Assembly (NCBI GenBank): GCA_044222475.1
Contig: JBGANF010000040.1
Span: forward strand, 1 to 58,308
Length of the DNA: 58,308 nt
Direction of reading: 5' to 3'
Source of the DNA: Polyangiaceae bacterium
GTDB lineage: Bacteria; Myxococcota_A; Polyangia; Polyangiales; Polyangiaceae
A program made the translations under genes and the position numbers. The notes under the pieces were generated by a model, which was not told where the DNA came from, searched no databases, and saw only the letters and a program-made list of their open reading frames with translations. Below are positions 1 to 9,956 of the stretch, one piece after another; within the stretch, counting starts at the first letter, position 1; each line of letters begins with the position of its first letter.

Positions 1-89
1 TGGGGGGGCTCCGCCGCGCGGAGGCGCGAAGCGCCGAGCACGGCGGTGCGTGTCGCGAAGTTCGACGAGGGGGGCACCACTTCTCTCTC

Positions 90-1277
90 TCACTTCGCGA
101 GCGACAGACCGGTCTTCGTATCGAACAGATGCACCTTGGTCTTCGGCGCCACGAGACCGATCTTCTCCCCCGGTCGCACGCGCGCGAGCGACTCCGGTCC
201 GAGTCGAACCACGAACCGCGGACCCGCCTGCCGAATCCACCCGTGCGCGAACGCCTCGAAGCCCAGCGCCTCCACGACCTCCACCACGAGCTTCGCCGAC
301 GCGTCGTCGTCGCCCACCACGAAATCGTGCGGTCTCACTCCGACCGTCACCGCTCGACCCTCCGCCAGCGCCGTCCCGAAGCGGCTCTCGTCGACCGCGA
401 CGCGAAGATCCGGCGTCTCGGCGAACAGCGCACCGCCCTCGCTCACGAGCTTCCCCTCGGACAGGTTCATCGCCGGCGAACCGAGGAACGTCGCGACGAA
501 GAGCGAACGCGGGCGCTCGTAGATCTCCAGCGGCGCTCCCTTCTGCTCCACGAGCCCCTTGTTCATCACCCAGAGCACGTCGGCGAGCGTCATCGCCTCG
601 ACTTGATCGTGCGTCACGTAGAGCGTCGTCGCTTCGAGCCGATCGTGGAGCCGACGAATGTCCACCCGCACCTCGGCGCGCAACGCCGCATCGAGGTTCG
701 AGAGCGGCTCGTCGAAGAGGAAGATGTTCGGGCGACGCACGATCGCCCGCCCCATCGCCACGCGCTGGCGCTGGCCACCGGACAGCTGCTTGGGCAAGCG
801 ATCGAGCAGGAGATCGAGGCCGAGCATCGCGCTCGCCTCCTTGATCCGCGAGGCGATCTCGCTCGCGGGCGTCTTCCGGAGCTCCAGCCCGAAGGCGAGG
901 TTCTCGAACACCGTCAGGTGCGGGTAGAGCGCGTAGCTCTGGAAGACCATCGCCACGTCGCGCTCGCGCGGCTCGAGCGCGGTCACGTCACGCCCGGCGA
1001 GGTGAATCGTCCCCTCGTCCGGCGTCTCCAGCCCGGCCACCAACCGAAGGAGCGTGCTCTTGCCACAGCCGCTCGATCCGACGAGGACCGCGAACGATCC
1101 CTCCTCGATCGCGACGTCGACTCCCTTGAGGATCGGCGTCTCACCGAAGGCCTTCTTCACCCCGCGCGCTTCACAGCGCACGCGACGCGGCGCAGACGCG
1201 GGCAGCGGCGTTTCTTCCGCCGGCGCTTTCCGCATCTTCTCGCGTCCGCTCGTGTTGCCTTCCGTCACCGCCGCCAT
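90..1277 (-). CDS. Carbohydrate ABC transporter ATP-binding subunit (MalK/UgpC family)
   Basis: Walker A GSSGCGKS, signature LSGGQRQR, FLFDEPLSNLD, YVTHDQVEAM, C-terminal TOBE-like region; start could be the ATG 14 codons downstream. Confidence 0.93.
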   Translation of the reverse strand: MAAVTEGNTSGREKMRKAPAEETPLPASAPRRVRCEARGVKKAFGETPILKGVDVAIEEGSFAVLVGSSGCGKSTLLRLVAGLETPDEGTIHLAGRDVTALEPRERDVAMVFQSYALYPHLTVFENLAFGLELRKTPASEIASRIKEASAMLGLDLLLDRLPKQLSGGQRQRVAMGRAIVRRPNIFLFDEPLSNLDAALRAEVRVDIRRLHDRLEATTLYVTHDQVEAMTLADVLWVMNKGLVEQKGAPLEIYERPRSLFVATFLGSPAMNLSEGKLVSEGGALFAETPDLRVAVDESRFGTALAEGRAVTVGVRPHDFVVGDDDASAKLVVEVVEALGFEAFAHGWIRQAGPRFVVRLGPESLARVRPGEKIGLVAPKTKVHLFDTKTGLSLAK

Positions 1278-1399
1278 GGTGCCCCAACCCCGCGATTTCT
1301 CCAGCGTCTGACGAGGGGAGGGCGTAACTTACATCTGAGTGACGTTTTTGCAAATGGTGCTTGCTCGGCGCTCGGAACGAGGTCAAAAGGACCCGTCGC

Positions 1400-2749
1400 A
1401 TGCGTCGCATCCTCTTCTTTTTGGCTTCGGCCTCGCTTCTCCTCGGTGGTCTCGGTTGTTCGTCCGAGTCGCCGGTGACCCCGGCGCAGGACTCCGGCAC
1501 CGACTCGCCGGCGATCGACGCCGCGGCCGACGCGCCGGTGACGCCGCCCGATGCCGCGCCCGACTCGGGCATCGTCTGCACCCGCGCGGCGCAGGCGAAG
1601 ACCGCTCCGGCGTCGCTCTACGACGCGCTCGTCAAGGACCTCATCACCGCGACCGACAAGAAGGCCCTCGTCGACACGTTCCTCACGAACGTCCAAGCCC
1701 AGGGCGGGACTCCGCTCGAAGGCAAGGGCGATCGCCTCGTGTTCCTGGTGCGCGGCGCGGGCCCGCTCGGTCCCTGGAGCATCGCCGGGTCGTTCACCGG
1801 CTGGAAATCGAACCCCCAGCCGATGGGCCTCCTGCCCGGCACCGACCTCTACGTGCTCGACACGAACGTCGCCCGCGGCACGGCGCATCAGTACAAGCTC
1901 CTCTCCGGCACGACCGACGCGGGCTTCCTTGAAGACCCGCTCGCGAAGAACGTCGCGTGGGACGGGATCGATCACCAGGACGTCGGGTTCTTCAACGCCG
2001 TCGCGCACGCGGCCGATCTCGATCCGTCGAAGGGCCGGCTCGAGCGCTCGCGCGCACACGCGTCGAAGCTCAACGACGATCGCGACGTGTTCACGTACCT
2101 CCCGCCGGCGTACGACGACGGGAGCTGCAAGAAGCTCCCGCACCTCGTCTTCCACGACGGAAACGAGTCGCTGACCCGCGCGAGCTTCGTGACGCCGATC
2201 GACGCGACCTACGCCTCGACGCCCAGCGCGTCGGCGGTGATCGTGTTCGTCGCGCTCCCGAACCAGAACGTTCGGATGGACCAGTACACGTTCGGGACGA
2301 GCGGCGCGAAGGGCGACGACTACGGGGACTTCCTCTTGAACGACCTCGAGCCGACGCTCGCGAAGACCTACCGGCTCTGCCCGAAGGCCGCGGCGACCGG
2401 GCTCGCCGGTGCGTCGCTCGGCGGTCTCATCTCGAGCTACCTCGCGTTCCAGCACCCCGAGCACTGGGGCTACGTCGGCTCTCAGAGCGGGTCGTATTTC
2501 TGGAGCTCGAACGCGCTCATCACGCGCGCCAGCGCGGATCCCAAGGTCGCCGTTCGCTTCTACCTCGACCACGGCTGCCCGAACGACAACTGCGTCGAGA
2601 ACCGCTCGCTGAACGATGCGCTGGTCGCGAAGGGGTACGACGTGAAGCACGTCGAAGAGGCCAACGCTCAGCACGACTGGGCATTCTGGCAGAAGCGCCT
2701 CCCGCAGCTTCTGGTGCGCTTTCGCGAGGGTCAGACCAGCTGCGAATAG
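1400..2749 (+). CDS. Lipoprotein alpha/beta-hydrolase esterase (Fes/putative esterase family) with N-terminal Ig/E-set-like domain
   Basis: Signal peptide and lipobox (GLGC), YLPPAY, GASLGG nucleophile elbow, HDW catalytic His. Confidence 0.8.
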   Translation: MRRILFFLASASLLLGGLGCSSESPVTPAQDSGTDSPAIDAAADAPVTPPDAAPDSGIVCTRAAQAKTAPASLYDALVKDLITATDKKALVDTFLTNVQAQGGTPLEGKGDRLVFLVRGAGPLGPWSIAGSFTGWKSNPQPMGLLPGTDLYVLDTNVARGTAHQYKLLSGTTDAGFLEDPLAKNVAWDGIDHQDVGFFNAVAHAADLDPSKGRLERSRAHASKLNDDRDVFTYLPPAYDDGSCKKLPHLVFHDGNESLTRASFVTPIDATYASTPSASAVIVFVALPNQNVRMDQYTFGTSGAKGDDYGDFLLNDLEPTLAKTYRLCPKAAATGLAGASLGGLISSYLAFQHPEHWGYVGSQSGSYFWSSNALITRASADPKVAVRFYLDHGCPNDNCVENRSLNDALVAKGYDVKHVEEANAQHDWAFWQKRLPQLLVRFREGQTSCE

Positions 2750-2815
2750 CCGGCACATTTCCCGGCAAAAAGAGGGAGTAGGATTGTTTGGCGGTCCATG
2801 TATTCTGGGCGCCTC

Positions 2816-3634
2816 ATGAACAAACTCGAATCTCGCTCCCTCGTCGCCGCCGCGCTCCTCGTTGGTCTCGCCACCCTTGCGTGCAAGGGCAAGCTCGGTG
2901 GAGCCGCCGACAGCGGGAGCTCGACGACCACGACGACCGCCGCGGGCGGCGGCGGTGACGTCTGTCAGGTGCCCAAGAGCGACATGTGCCTCGAGTTCGA
3001 CACGCACAGCATCATCACGAACCAGAAGAACTGCGACGACTTCGAGAGCGGCAAGTTCCAGGCGTCGGGCGTGTGCGCGAAGGAGCTGCGCATCGGCTCC
3101 TGCCGCGTCGCCAAGGACGGCATGAACGCCATCTACTTCGGCGGCGACAACAACGACATCCACGACTCGCAGGAGCACTGCGAGGAGACCCTCCACGGCG
3201 TCTTCTCCGGCACTCCGGCGAAGGAAGTCACTGCGACGTGGGTCAAGACCGAGCTCACCGGCAAGCTCTCCGGCTTCTCGATGTTGATGCCCGCGCAGTC
3301 GAAGCAGGAAGCGGTCGGCAACGGCCTCTCGCTCGAGCGGTTCACCGGGTACTACGGCATCATCATCGAGAAGGGGAAGATGTCGGTCAGCGAGGAGAAG
3401 AAGGACGCGCGCGACGGCAGCGAGTACTTCAAGTTCGACTCGTTCGTCACCGACACCGCGACCAAGATCGTGTGGAAGGTGCGGGCGGCCAAGGGCGGCG
3501 ACGTCGGCTACAAGTTCGCGCTGCAGGTCTCGGCCGGCGGCACCGACTTCACGTGCGAGAGCCTCACCGTGTTCGACAACATGGAGCTCGCGGACGCAAA
3601 CATGGAGTCGTGCACCTCCATCGCCAAGAAGTAG
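2816..3634 (+). CDS. Cys-rich hypothetical lipoprotein (paralog A)
   Basis: Lipobox TLAC, GC3-biased frame, collinear similarity to the next gene. Confidence 0.75.
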   Translation: MNKLESRSLVAAALLVGLATLACKGKLGGAADSGSSTTTTTAAGGGGDVCQVPKSDMCLEFDTHSIITNQKNCDDFESGKFQASGVCAKELRIGSCRVAKDGMNAIYFGGDNNDIHDSQEHCEETLHGVFSGTPAKEVTATWVKTELTGKLSGFSMLMPAQSKQEAVGNGLSLERFTGYYGIIIEKGKMSVSEEKKDARDGSEYFKFDSFVTDTATKIVWKVRAAKGGDVGYKFALQVSAGGTDFTCESLTVFDNMELADANMESCTSIAKK

Positions 3635-3638
3635 CTCG

Positions 3639-4448
3639 GTGAGGCGGGTCGCCGTCGCCATCGTCCTCGCCGTCGGCGGGTGCGGTGGCGAAGGCAAACC
3701 CGTGGCGGTATCCCTTCCGACGGCGCCAACGTCGAGCGAGCGTCCGCCGCCTCCTCCCAACGACGCATGTCAGGTCCCGTTCAGTGACATGTGCCTCGAG
3801 CTGGGCAGCCACGACATCCTCACGAACACGGTTCTCTGCCATCAGTTCTCGAGCGGCGTGATCCAATCGGGCGGAGTCTGCTCGAAGCAGCTTCGCATCG
3901 GTTCGTGTCGGATCGAAGCGGACGCCGTGACCGCCTTTTACTTCGGCGGCGACAACAACGACGTCCACGACTCTCGCGAGCACTGCGAGGGGACGTTGCA
4001 CGGAGTCTTCGCTCCGACGCCGGCGAAAGACATCCTCGACACGTGGGCCAAGACCGAGCTGCACGAGCGCTTCGCCGGGTACACGATGCTCATGCCGTTG
4101 GGCGCGAAGGAGAGCCCGGTGGCGAAGGCCTGGCTCGGGCTCGAGCTCTACTCGGGGTACTTCGGGATCCTGATCGCGAAGGAGAAGATGTCGGTCGCCG
4201 AGGAGAAGAAGGATGCCGTCGCCGGAAGCGAGTACTTCAAGTTCGACTCGTTCGTCACCGACACCGCCACCAAGCTCGTGTGGAAGGTGAAGTCCGCCAA
4301 GAGCGGCAACGTCGGCTACAAGTTCGCGCTCGAAGTCTCGGCCGGCGGGAAGGCGTTCACCTGCGAGAGCCTCACCGTGTTCGACGACCTCGAGCTCGCC
4401 GAGGCGAACATGGCGTCCTGTGCTTCGATCGCCCCTTCGCCACCGTGA
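3639..4448 (+). CDS. Cys-rich hypothetical lipoprotein (paralog B)
   Basis: Lipobox VGGC; shares YFGGDNND, SEYFKFDSFVTDTATK and FTCESLTVFD with the upstream gene. Confidence 0.75.
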   Translation: MRRVAVAIVLAVGGCGGEGKPVAVSLPTAPTSSERPPPPPNDACQVPFSDMCLELGSHDILTNTVLCHQFSSGVIQSGGVCSKQLRIGSCRIEADAVTAFYFGGDNNDVHDSREHCEGTLHGVFAPTPAKDILDTWAKTELHERFAGYTMLMPLGAKESPVAKAWLGLELYSGYFGILIAKEKMSVAEEKKDAVAGSEYFKFDSFVTDTATKLVWKVKSAKSGNVGYKFALEVSAGGKAFTCESLTVFDDLELAEANMASCASIAPSPP

Positions 4449-4466
4449 TGTGCGAATCTGAGCCGC

Positions 4467-5189
4467 ATGCGTCGCGTCGCTCTCTCCACGTCCTTCGTCC
4501 TCGCCGCGTTCGGGCTCGGTGTGATCCTCGTCGATTGCGGTGGCCCGCCTGGCGACACGAAGGTTCCGCTCGCCACGTCGGCGTCGGCGTCGGCGGCTCC
4601 GGTCGAAGGCGACGGCGGCGCGCCGGAGGCGGCCGCTCCGGCTCACGTGTCGGTCGTTCGCTTCGACGACCTCGGCGTCAGCTATGCGATCCCCAACGGG
4701 TACCGCGTGCTCGGGGACGACGCGCTGGCCGCGCAGGTGCGCGCGTCGGCGAACCCGCGCCTCGTCGCCGCGCTGGAGAAGCGCGCCTCGCAGAAGAAGG
4801 GCATCCCGCTCCTCTCGCTCGCGAAGGAGACCACCGAGCGTGGTGACTCGCTCACGATCACGATCTCGGTGACGCTCGTCCCGAAGGACGCGACCGCGGC
4901 CGAGGTGCTGGCCCAGCAGCGCGCCGCGATGGGGGAGAACCTCGAGGCGTTCAGCGTCGTCGAAGAGGCGAGCGATCGCACCGTCGACGGAGTGAAGGGT
5001 ACGGAGATCGGTGTAAAATACACGCTTCGGGCCGGTGGCGCTCTAGCCCGCATGGCGTCGTTCATGCGGATCTACGTGCGCGACGGGTACGCCTATCTGG
5101 CGGTCGCGGTCTTCCCCGAGGCGTCCGGTCGGGGCGAAGAAGCGCGGCTCGTCCTCGATGGGCTCCACTTCTACCCGCCGCAGCCGTGA
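4467..5189 (+). CDS. Hypothetical lipoprotein, possibly PsbP/DcrB-like fold
   Basis: Signal peptide with Cys; GVSYAIPNGY and TVDGVKG motifs resemble PsbP/Mog1-like proteins. Confidence 0.55.
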   Translation: MRRVALSTSFVLAAFGLGVILVDCGGPPGDTKVPLATSASASAAPVEGDGGAPEAAAPAHVSVVRFDDLGVSYAIPNGYRVLGDDALAAQVRASANPRLVAALEKRASQKKGIPLLSLAKETTERGDSLTITISVTLVPKDATAAEVLAQQRAAMGENLEAFSVVEEASDRTVDGVKGTEIGVKYTLRAGGALARMASFMRIYVRDGYAYLAVAVFPEASGRGEEARLVLDGLHFYPPQP

Positions 5190-5840
5190 TCAGCGGCGGC
5201 GGTGCACGTCGGCCGCGAACCCGGCGTCGAGCGTCAGCATGAGGACGCCATCGAGACCGCCGCCCGGTGACGTCGCGTAGCCGCCGTCGTAGCTCGCCCG
5301 CAGTCCGACGTGGAAGTTCCAGAAGTACACCTGCGCGCCGACGCCGACGTGCCCGCCGTACGCGACGTGATCGGGCGACTCGCTCGCCTTTCTCACGAAG
5401 CCGACCGCCGGCCCGATGTCGAGCAGCACGTCGGCGGTCACTCCCTGCAGGCGCGGCGCGGCGCCGAGTCGGAGCGAGTAGCCGGCGTGCACCAAGCTCA
5501 CCGTGGGTCCGAACACCCCGGCGCCACCCGCCCAGCCCACGAAGACGCCGTGGAGTCGGTCGGGGTGGAGGTGACCTTCGATGGCGAGCTGGGCGCCACT
5601 CTCGGTTCCACGCGCGAGCGCGTACGTCGGAGGGTTCGTACCGGTCGCGTACAGGGGGCGGTTCGTTCGATGGAACTCGCAGATGCCGAACCCCATGTCG
5701 AGTTGGAGTCGTACCCCATCCCAACTTGGTACGGGTGGAGCGGCGTCGTCCGCCAGAGCGATCCGCGGCACGACGACGACGAAGGCGAGGAGCGCGAGGG
5801 TCGCGATCCGACGAAGGCAAAGAGCAAGCGAACGGTGCAT
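5190..5840 (-). CDS. Secreted or outer-membrane beta-barrel-like hypothetical protein
   Basis: Signal peptide (ALA-DD), alternating hydrophobic Gly-rich strands, sigma54 box immediately upstream. Confidence 0.55.
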   Translation of the reverse strand: MHRSLALCLRRIATLALLAFVVVVPRIALADDAAPPVPSWDGVRLQLDMGFGICEFHRTNRPLYATGTNPPTYALARGTESGAQLAIEGHLHPDRLHGVFVGWAGGAGVFGPTVSLVHAGYSLRLGAAPRLQGVTADVLLDIGPAVGFVRKASESPDHVAYGGHVGVGAQVYFWNFHVGLRASYDGGYATSPGGGLDGVLMLTLDAGFAADVHRRR

Positions 5841-5852
5841 GCGATCCGAAAG

Positions 5853-5868
5853 AGCAATCGACGTGCCA
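5853..5868 (-). promoter_or_regulatory. Sigma54 (-24/-12) promoter
   Basis: TGGCAC-GTCGA-TTGCT on the minus strand matches the consensus, 12 nt before ATG 5840. Confidence 0.75.
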
Positions 5869-6010
5869 CCGCGTTTCACGCGATTTCGTGGCGCACTCGG
5901 CCTCCCGGTGTGGCTCGAAAACGACATCGAGCGACGCCATGATCGTGGTCAATTCTTCGGGTCGGCGCGCCCGAATTGCGTTCCGTCGTGCCGACGGGCA
6001 GAGTGTCGAC

Positions 6011-7534
6011 GTGGGAAGAGGGCTTCGTCGTGTCGCGCTCGCGGCCGTATTGGCGTGCGTCGGGTTCGCCTGCCGCACCGAGTACCGCGCCAAGTTCGTC
6101 GAGACGAACGCGACGCAGACCATCGACGAGCACGCTCCGTTCCTGAAGTGCCACCTCGCCGACGGCGGCGTCGTGGTGCTTCGCGATTTCAAGATCGACA
6201 CGAAGGTCGTCACCGGTACCGGCATAGCGTACGACGCGTACCGCGCTCGGGTCGGGCCGATGGGGAAGAAGGAGGTCGCGCTGAGCGACATCGTCCTCTT
6301 CGAGACGAACGAGGCGAGGAGCGTCTCGCAGATCGGCTACTACATCCCGGTCCTCGTCTCGAGCGCGGTGTCGACGGTGATGACCGTCTTCTGCATCACC
6401 AACCCGAAGGCGTGCTTCGGCTCGTGCCCGACGTTCTACGCCGACGACGGCAACGGCCTCGCGCTCCAGGCCGAGGGCTTCTCCGCCGCGATCGCGAAAT
6501 CCCTCGAAGAGACCGACGTCGACGCGATGTGGACCGTCCACCCGACGACGACGACGCTCGACGTCTTGATGACGAACGACGCACTCGAGACGCACGACGT
6601 GCGCTCGGTGCGGCTCCTCTACGCGCCGCGACCGTCGGGCACGCGCGTGCTTCGCGCTGGATCGCGCTACGTCGTCGCGAAGAAGCTCGTCGCTCCGGTC
6701 GACGCGCGCGACGAAGCCGGTCGTGACGTCACCGCGTCGCTCCGCGCGACCGACGGCAGCGAGTACAAATCCGACACCGACGGCAGCGATCTCGCGACGC
6801 GCGAGACGGTCGACGTCCGATTCCCGGAAACTCACGGGCGTCGCGGCCTCCTCGTCGTGGCGCGCAACAGCCTCCTCGAGACGTTCCTCTTCTACCAGCT
6901 GCTCGCCTACATGGGCCGGCGCGCCGGCGATCACATGGCCTACCTCGAGCGGTTCGGGAAGGAGCCCTTCGCCGGCGTCGGTCGGGTCCTCGGCGACATC
7001 GACGTCTCCGTCCGCGGTGCCGAAGGGGCCTGGTCCCCGGTCGGCGCCTACGCCGAGGTCGGCCCGATCGCGCGCGAGGCGCAGCTCATCCCGCTCCCGG
7101 ACGACGCACCGAGCGAGGTGCGCCTCACGATGGCGCGCGGCAACTTCCGCATCGAGCAGGTCGCGCTCGTCGAGCTCGGTGACGACGTGACGCCGACCGC
7201 GATCGAGCCGAAGACGATCCTTCGCGACGGCAAGGAGGATCCCGTCGCGAAGGCGGCGCTCCTCGATCCGGCGAAGTACCTCGTCACGCTTCCGGGTGAC
7301 GCGTACACCCTTCGGTTCGAGCTCCCCGGGACCGACGGCGAGCTCTTCCTCGAGTCGCGCGGGTTCTACACCGAGTGGATGCGCGACGAGTGGCTTCGCG
7401 ACGAAGACGAGACCGAGGCGGCGCGCATGCTCCTTCGCCCGGCGGACGCGCTTCGTCGGCTCGCACCGAAGTTCAAGGCCATGGAGGGCGACATGGATCG
7501 CATCTTCTGGCAGAGCCGGGTGACGAGGCACTGA
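6011..7534 (+). CDS. Hypothetical lipoprotein with internal hydrophobic helix and CFGSCPTFY motif
   Basis: Lipobox-like GFAC, strong GC3 bias from ~6011, TGATG coupling to the next gene; start uncertain (5939 or 6011). Confidence 0.65.
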   Translation: MGRGLRRVALAAVLACVGFACRTEYRAKFVETNATQTIDEHAPFLKCHLADGGVVVLRDFKIDTKVVTGTGIAYDAYRARVGPMGKKEVALSDIVLFETNEARSVSQIGYYIPVLVSSAVSTVMTVFCITNPKACFGSCPTFYADDGNGLALQAEGFSAAIAKSLEETDVDAMWTVHPTTTTLDVLMTNDALETHDVRSVRLLYAPRPSGTRVLRAGSRYVVAKKLVAPVDARDEAGRDVTASLRATDGSEYKSDTDGSDLATRETVDVRFPETHGRRGLLVVARNSLLETFLFYQLLAYMGRRAGDHMAYLERFGKEPFAGVGRVLGDIDVSVRGAEGAWSPVGAYAEVGPIAREAQLIPLPDDAPSEVRLTMARGNFRIEQVALVELGDDVTPTAIEPKTILRDGKEDPVAKAALLDPAKYLVTLPGDAYTLRFELPGTDGELFLESRGFYTEWMRDEWLRDEDETEAARMLLRPADALRRLAPKFKAMEGDMDRIFWQSRVTRH

Positions 7535-8070
7535 TGCGCGGCATCGTCGTCCTCCCGCTGGTCGCGCTCGCGCTCGGTTGCGGTCACACGGCCCCGCTCA
7601 ATCGAGGCGCGGAGTCGGGCTCTCACTCCGACGTCGCGGTCGACGATGTTCCGGTCCATGGCTTCGACGCCCGCGTCTACCTCGAGAGCGGAGAGACGCT
7701 CGACGGTGAGCTTCTCGACGTCCACAAAGACTGGGTCGCGCTCGAGACGTCCAAGGCGGACCTTCGAGTGCCGGTCGCGAAGATCAAAGAGGTACGCGTC
7801 ACGGCCTACTCGAACGGCCCGCTCGTGGGCGGGTTGATCGCGTGGAGCACGAGCGGGGCAGCCACGACCCTCAGCCACGGTTGGTTCCTCATCTTCACCG
7901 CACCTACTTGGATCGTGGCGGGCGTGAGCTCCGCCGTGGCGGCGGCCGAGGATCCGGACCAATCGGCGCTGGTGCGCGCCGGGCGCCAAACGGATCTGTG
8001 GCAGTTCGTGCGTTTCCCCCAGGGCCTCCCGCCAGGCTTCGTCCTCGAGGACTTTGTCGGCAGCCCTTGA
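7534..8070 (+). CDS. Hypothetical lipoprotein with Sm-like barrel and hydrophobic hairpin
   Basis: ATG overlaps upstream TGA; lipobox ALGC; two hydrophobic segments. Confidence 0.6.
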   Translation: MRGIVVLPLVALALGCGHTAPLNRGAESGSHSDVAVDDVPVHGFDARVYLESGETLDGELLDVHKDWVALETSKADLRVPVAKIKEVRVTAYSNGPLVGGLIAWSTSGAATTLSHGWFLIFTAPTWIVAGVSSAVAAAEDPDQSALVRAGRQTDLWQFVRFPQGLPPGFVLEDFVGSP

Positions 8071-8115
8071 TCCAGCGATGGACGCCGAGGGATCCAACCC
8101 GACGCGCATCTACCT

Positions 8116-8177
8116 AGTAGTTTCCAATAGTTAGCATGTCGGTAGGTCGGCATACTACATGCACGTACGTCGGCACC
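8116..8177 (+). promoter_or_regulatory. Conserved upstream element, copy 1 (AGTAGTTTC-N3-TA-N-TTA..GTAGGT..TACRTCGG)
   Basis: Matches 44943-45003 with near-identical spacing to the ATG. Confidence 0.55.
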
Positions 8178-9362
8178 ATGCGTGCCTCCGTCCTCGCTCT
8201 CGCTGCAGTGACCTCCATCCTCGCCGGCGTCGCGTGTAGCGCCCCGGCGGAGAGCTTCGAAGAAGGGGAGGACGCGCTCGGCAGCACGAAGGCGATGCCG
8301 GACGATCTCTCGATGCTCTACCCGCTCCCCGCGAAGGGCAAGGAAGCCGACCTCATGTCACCGTCCGACAGCGGTGCGCGCGGGCCGCTCCTTCCGGCGG
8401 CGTTCGCGAGCAAGCTGCCCACGCTCGCCTCCGGCGCGTCGACCTCGATGCTGCGGGTCGTCGGGATCCGAATCGATCCCTGCTTCCCCGTCGACGGGGC
8501 GAGCGACGCGAAGGGCTGCAAGAACGAGATCCGACTCGTGCTCCAGCCGATTCACGTGGACGCCGAGGGCAAGACCCTCGTCGCCGACGACGCCGCGGTG
8601 CACCTCTTCTACGAGATGCCCCGCGCCGAGCTGACCTCGGTGGTGAAGGAGCTCGTGGCGCTCCGTCGCGCCGAAGGCGGATTCCGCACCAAGGCGCTCG
8701 GCGTGCATCCCATCTTGGTACGTCAGGGCGTTGCCGGTTCGTTCGCCAAGGGCGTCGAGAAGATCGTCCTCGCGCACGCCGGGCAGCAGAACCTCATCCG
8801 CGTGACCTTCATGACGCGCACGAACTCGCGGCAGACGCAGTGGACGTTCGGTGGATTCGACGTGAAGTCCGGCAAGCTCGTGGCGAGCCCGATCGCCACC
8901 TTGGGAACCGAGACGGTCCAGACGTTGAACAACGGGGGCTTCGGCGGCGCGCCGCGGTTCTCGGCGACGCCGGAGCCGAAGGCGAAGGACGACCTCACGG
9001 TCCTCTTCGACGGCATCGGGGCGGCGAGCGCGACGAAGACCGCGCGGCAGGCGGCGTTCGATGCCGCGCTTCGGACCGAGAACCCGACGATGAACTCGCC
9101 GAACACGACCGACTGCGCGAGCTGTCACGTCGCCGGTGCGGCGCGAAACCACGCCGAGACGAAGCTCGACGTGAAGAGCGCAGGCAACGCGAACCGCTTC
9201 ACCCAGACGAAGCTCCCGCTGACGAACACGACCGAAGGAGTGCTCGGGGGCGAGAACGTGCGGGCGTTCGGTTATCTCGGCAACAAGCCGGCGATCGCGC
9301 AGCGGACGATCAACGAAACCGCCGCCGTCACCGATTGGGTGAACGCGAACGTGAAGTTCTGA
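8178..9362 (+). CDS. Lipoprotein with a single CxxCH heme-c binding motif
   Basis: Lipobox GVAC, DCASCHV near the C-terminus. Confidence 0.7.
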   Translation: MRASVLALAAVTSILAGVACSAPAESFEEGEDALGSTKAMPDDLSMLYPLPAKGKEADLMSPSDSGARGPLLPAAFASKLPTLASGASTSMLRVVGIRIDPCFPVDGASDAKGCKNEIRLVLQPIHVDAEGKTLVADDAAVHLFYEMPRAELTSVVKELVALRRAEGGFRTKALGVHPILVRQGVAGSFAKGVEKIVLAHAGQQNLIRVTFMTRTNSRQTQWTFGGFDVKSGKLVASPIATLGTETVQTLNNGGFGGAPRFSATPEPKAKDDLTVLFDGIGAASATKTARQAAFDAALRTENPTMNSPNTTDCASCHVAGAARNHAETKLDVKSAGNANRFTQTKLPLTNTTEGVLGGENVRAFGYLGNKPAIAQRTINETAAVTDWVNANVKF

Positions 9363-9371
9363 TCGGCGGCG

Positions 9372-9941
9372 TCACCCGACGCGCCGCAGCGTGTTCGCGT
9401 CGACGTGATCGAACAGCGCGTCGCGGCCCTTCATCTTCATGAAGGTGTGCGACTCGTACTTCAGCGTGTCGTCGTCGACGACCTCGACGTCGAGCGTGTA
9501 GCGCACGGTCTTGAACTCGGCGGTGAGGAACGGGCTCGAGCAGATTCCGAACACCTCGTCGCCGGCCTTCGCTTCGAGCGAGAACTTGCGAGCGGTGGCC
9601 GGGGCCGTGCCGCCGGCCAACACAGTCATGCCACGCGGAGGCATGAAGCAGCGGAGGATCAGGCCGGTCGCGGGCTCGTACAGCCAGTAGCCGACCTCCT
9701 CGTGGAAGGGATCGGGGGCGCCGATGCGCCAGGCTCGGGTCGAGTAGCGCAGCCCGAAGAGCTTCTGCTCGTGGTTGTCGACCGCGCCGGTCGGCTCGAA
9801 CACCATGCGCTCGCGGTAGGCGCTCGTGACCGGTTGGCGATTGTTCTCCTTCTTGTCCGAAGGAGCGAGGTCGTTGCCCCGCTCGCCTTCCCAGATTCCC
9901 TGTAGAGGTCCCAGCGGTCCGAGCTCGGGTGCGAATTTCAT
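9372..9941 (-). CDS. Nitrobindin/THAP4-like heme-binding beta-barrel (FABP-like, DUF1794)
   Basis: LGPLGPLQGIWEG, FHEEVGYW, C-terminal H in FDHVDANTL. Confidence 0.8.
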   Translation of the reverse strand: MKFAPELGPLGPLQGIWEGERGNDLAPSDKKENNRQPVTSAYRERMVFEPTGAVDNHEQKLFGLRYSTRAWRIGAPDPFHEEVGYWLYEPATGLILRCFMPPRGMTVLAGGTAPATARKFSLEAKAGDEVFGICSSPFLTAEFKTVRYTLDVEVVDDDTLKYESHTFMKMKGRDALFDHVDANTLRRVG

Positions 9942-9956
9942 GAGCGCACCATAGAT

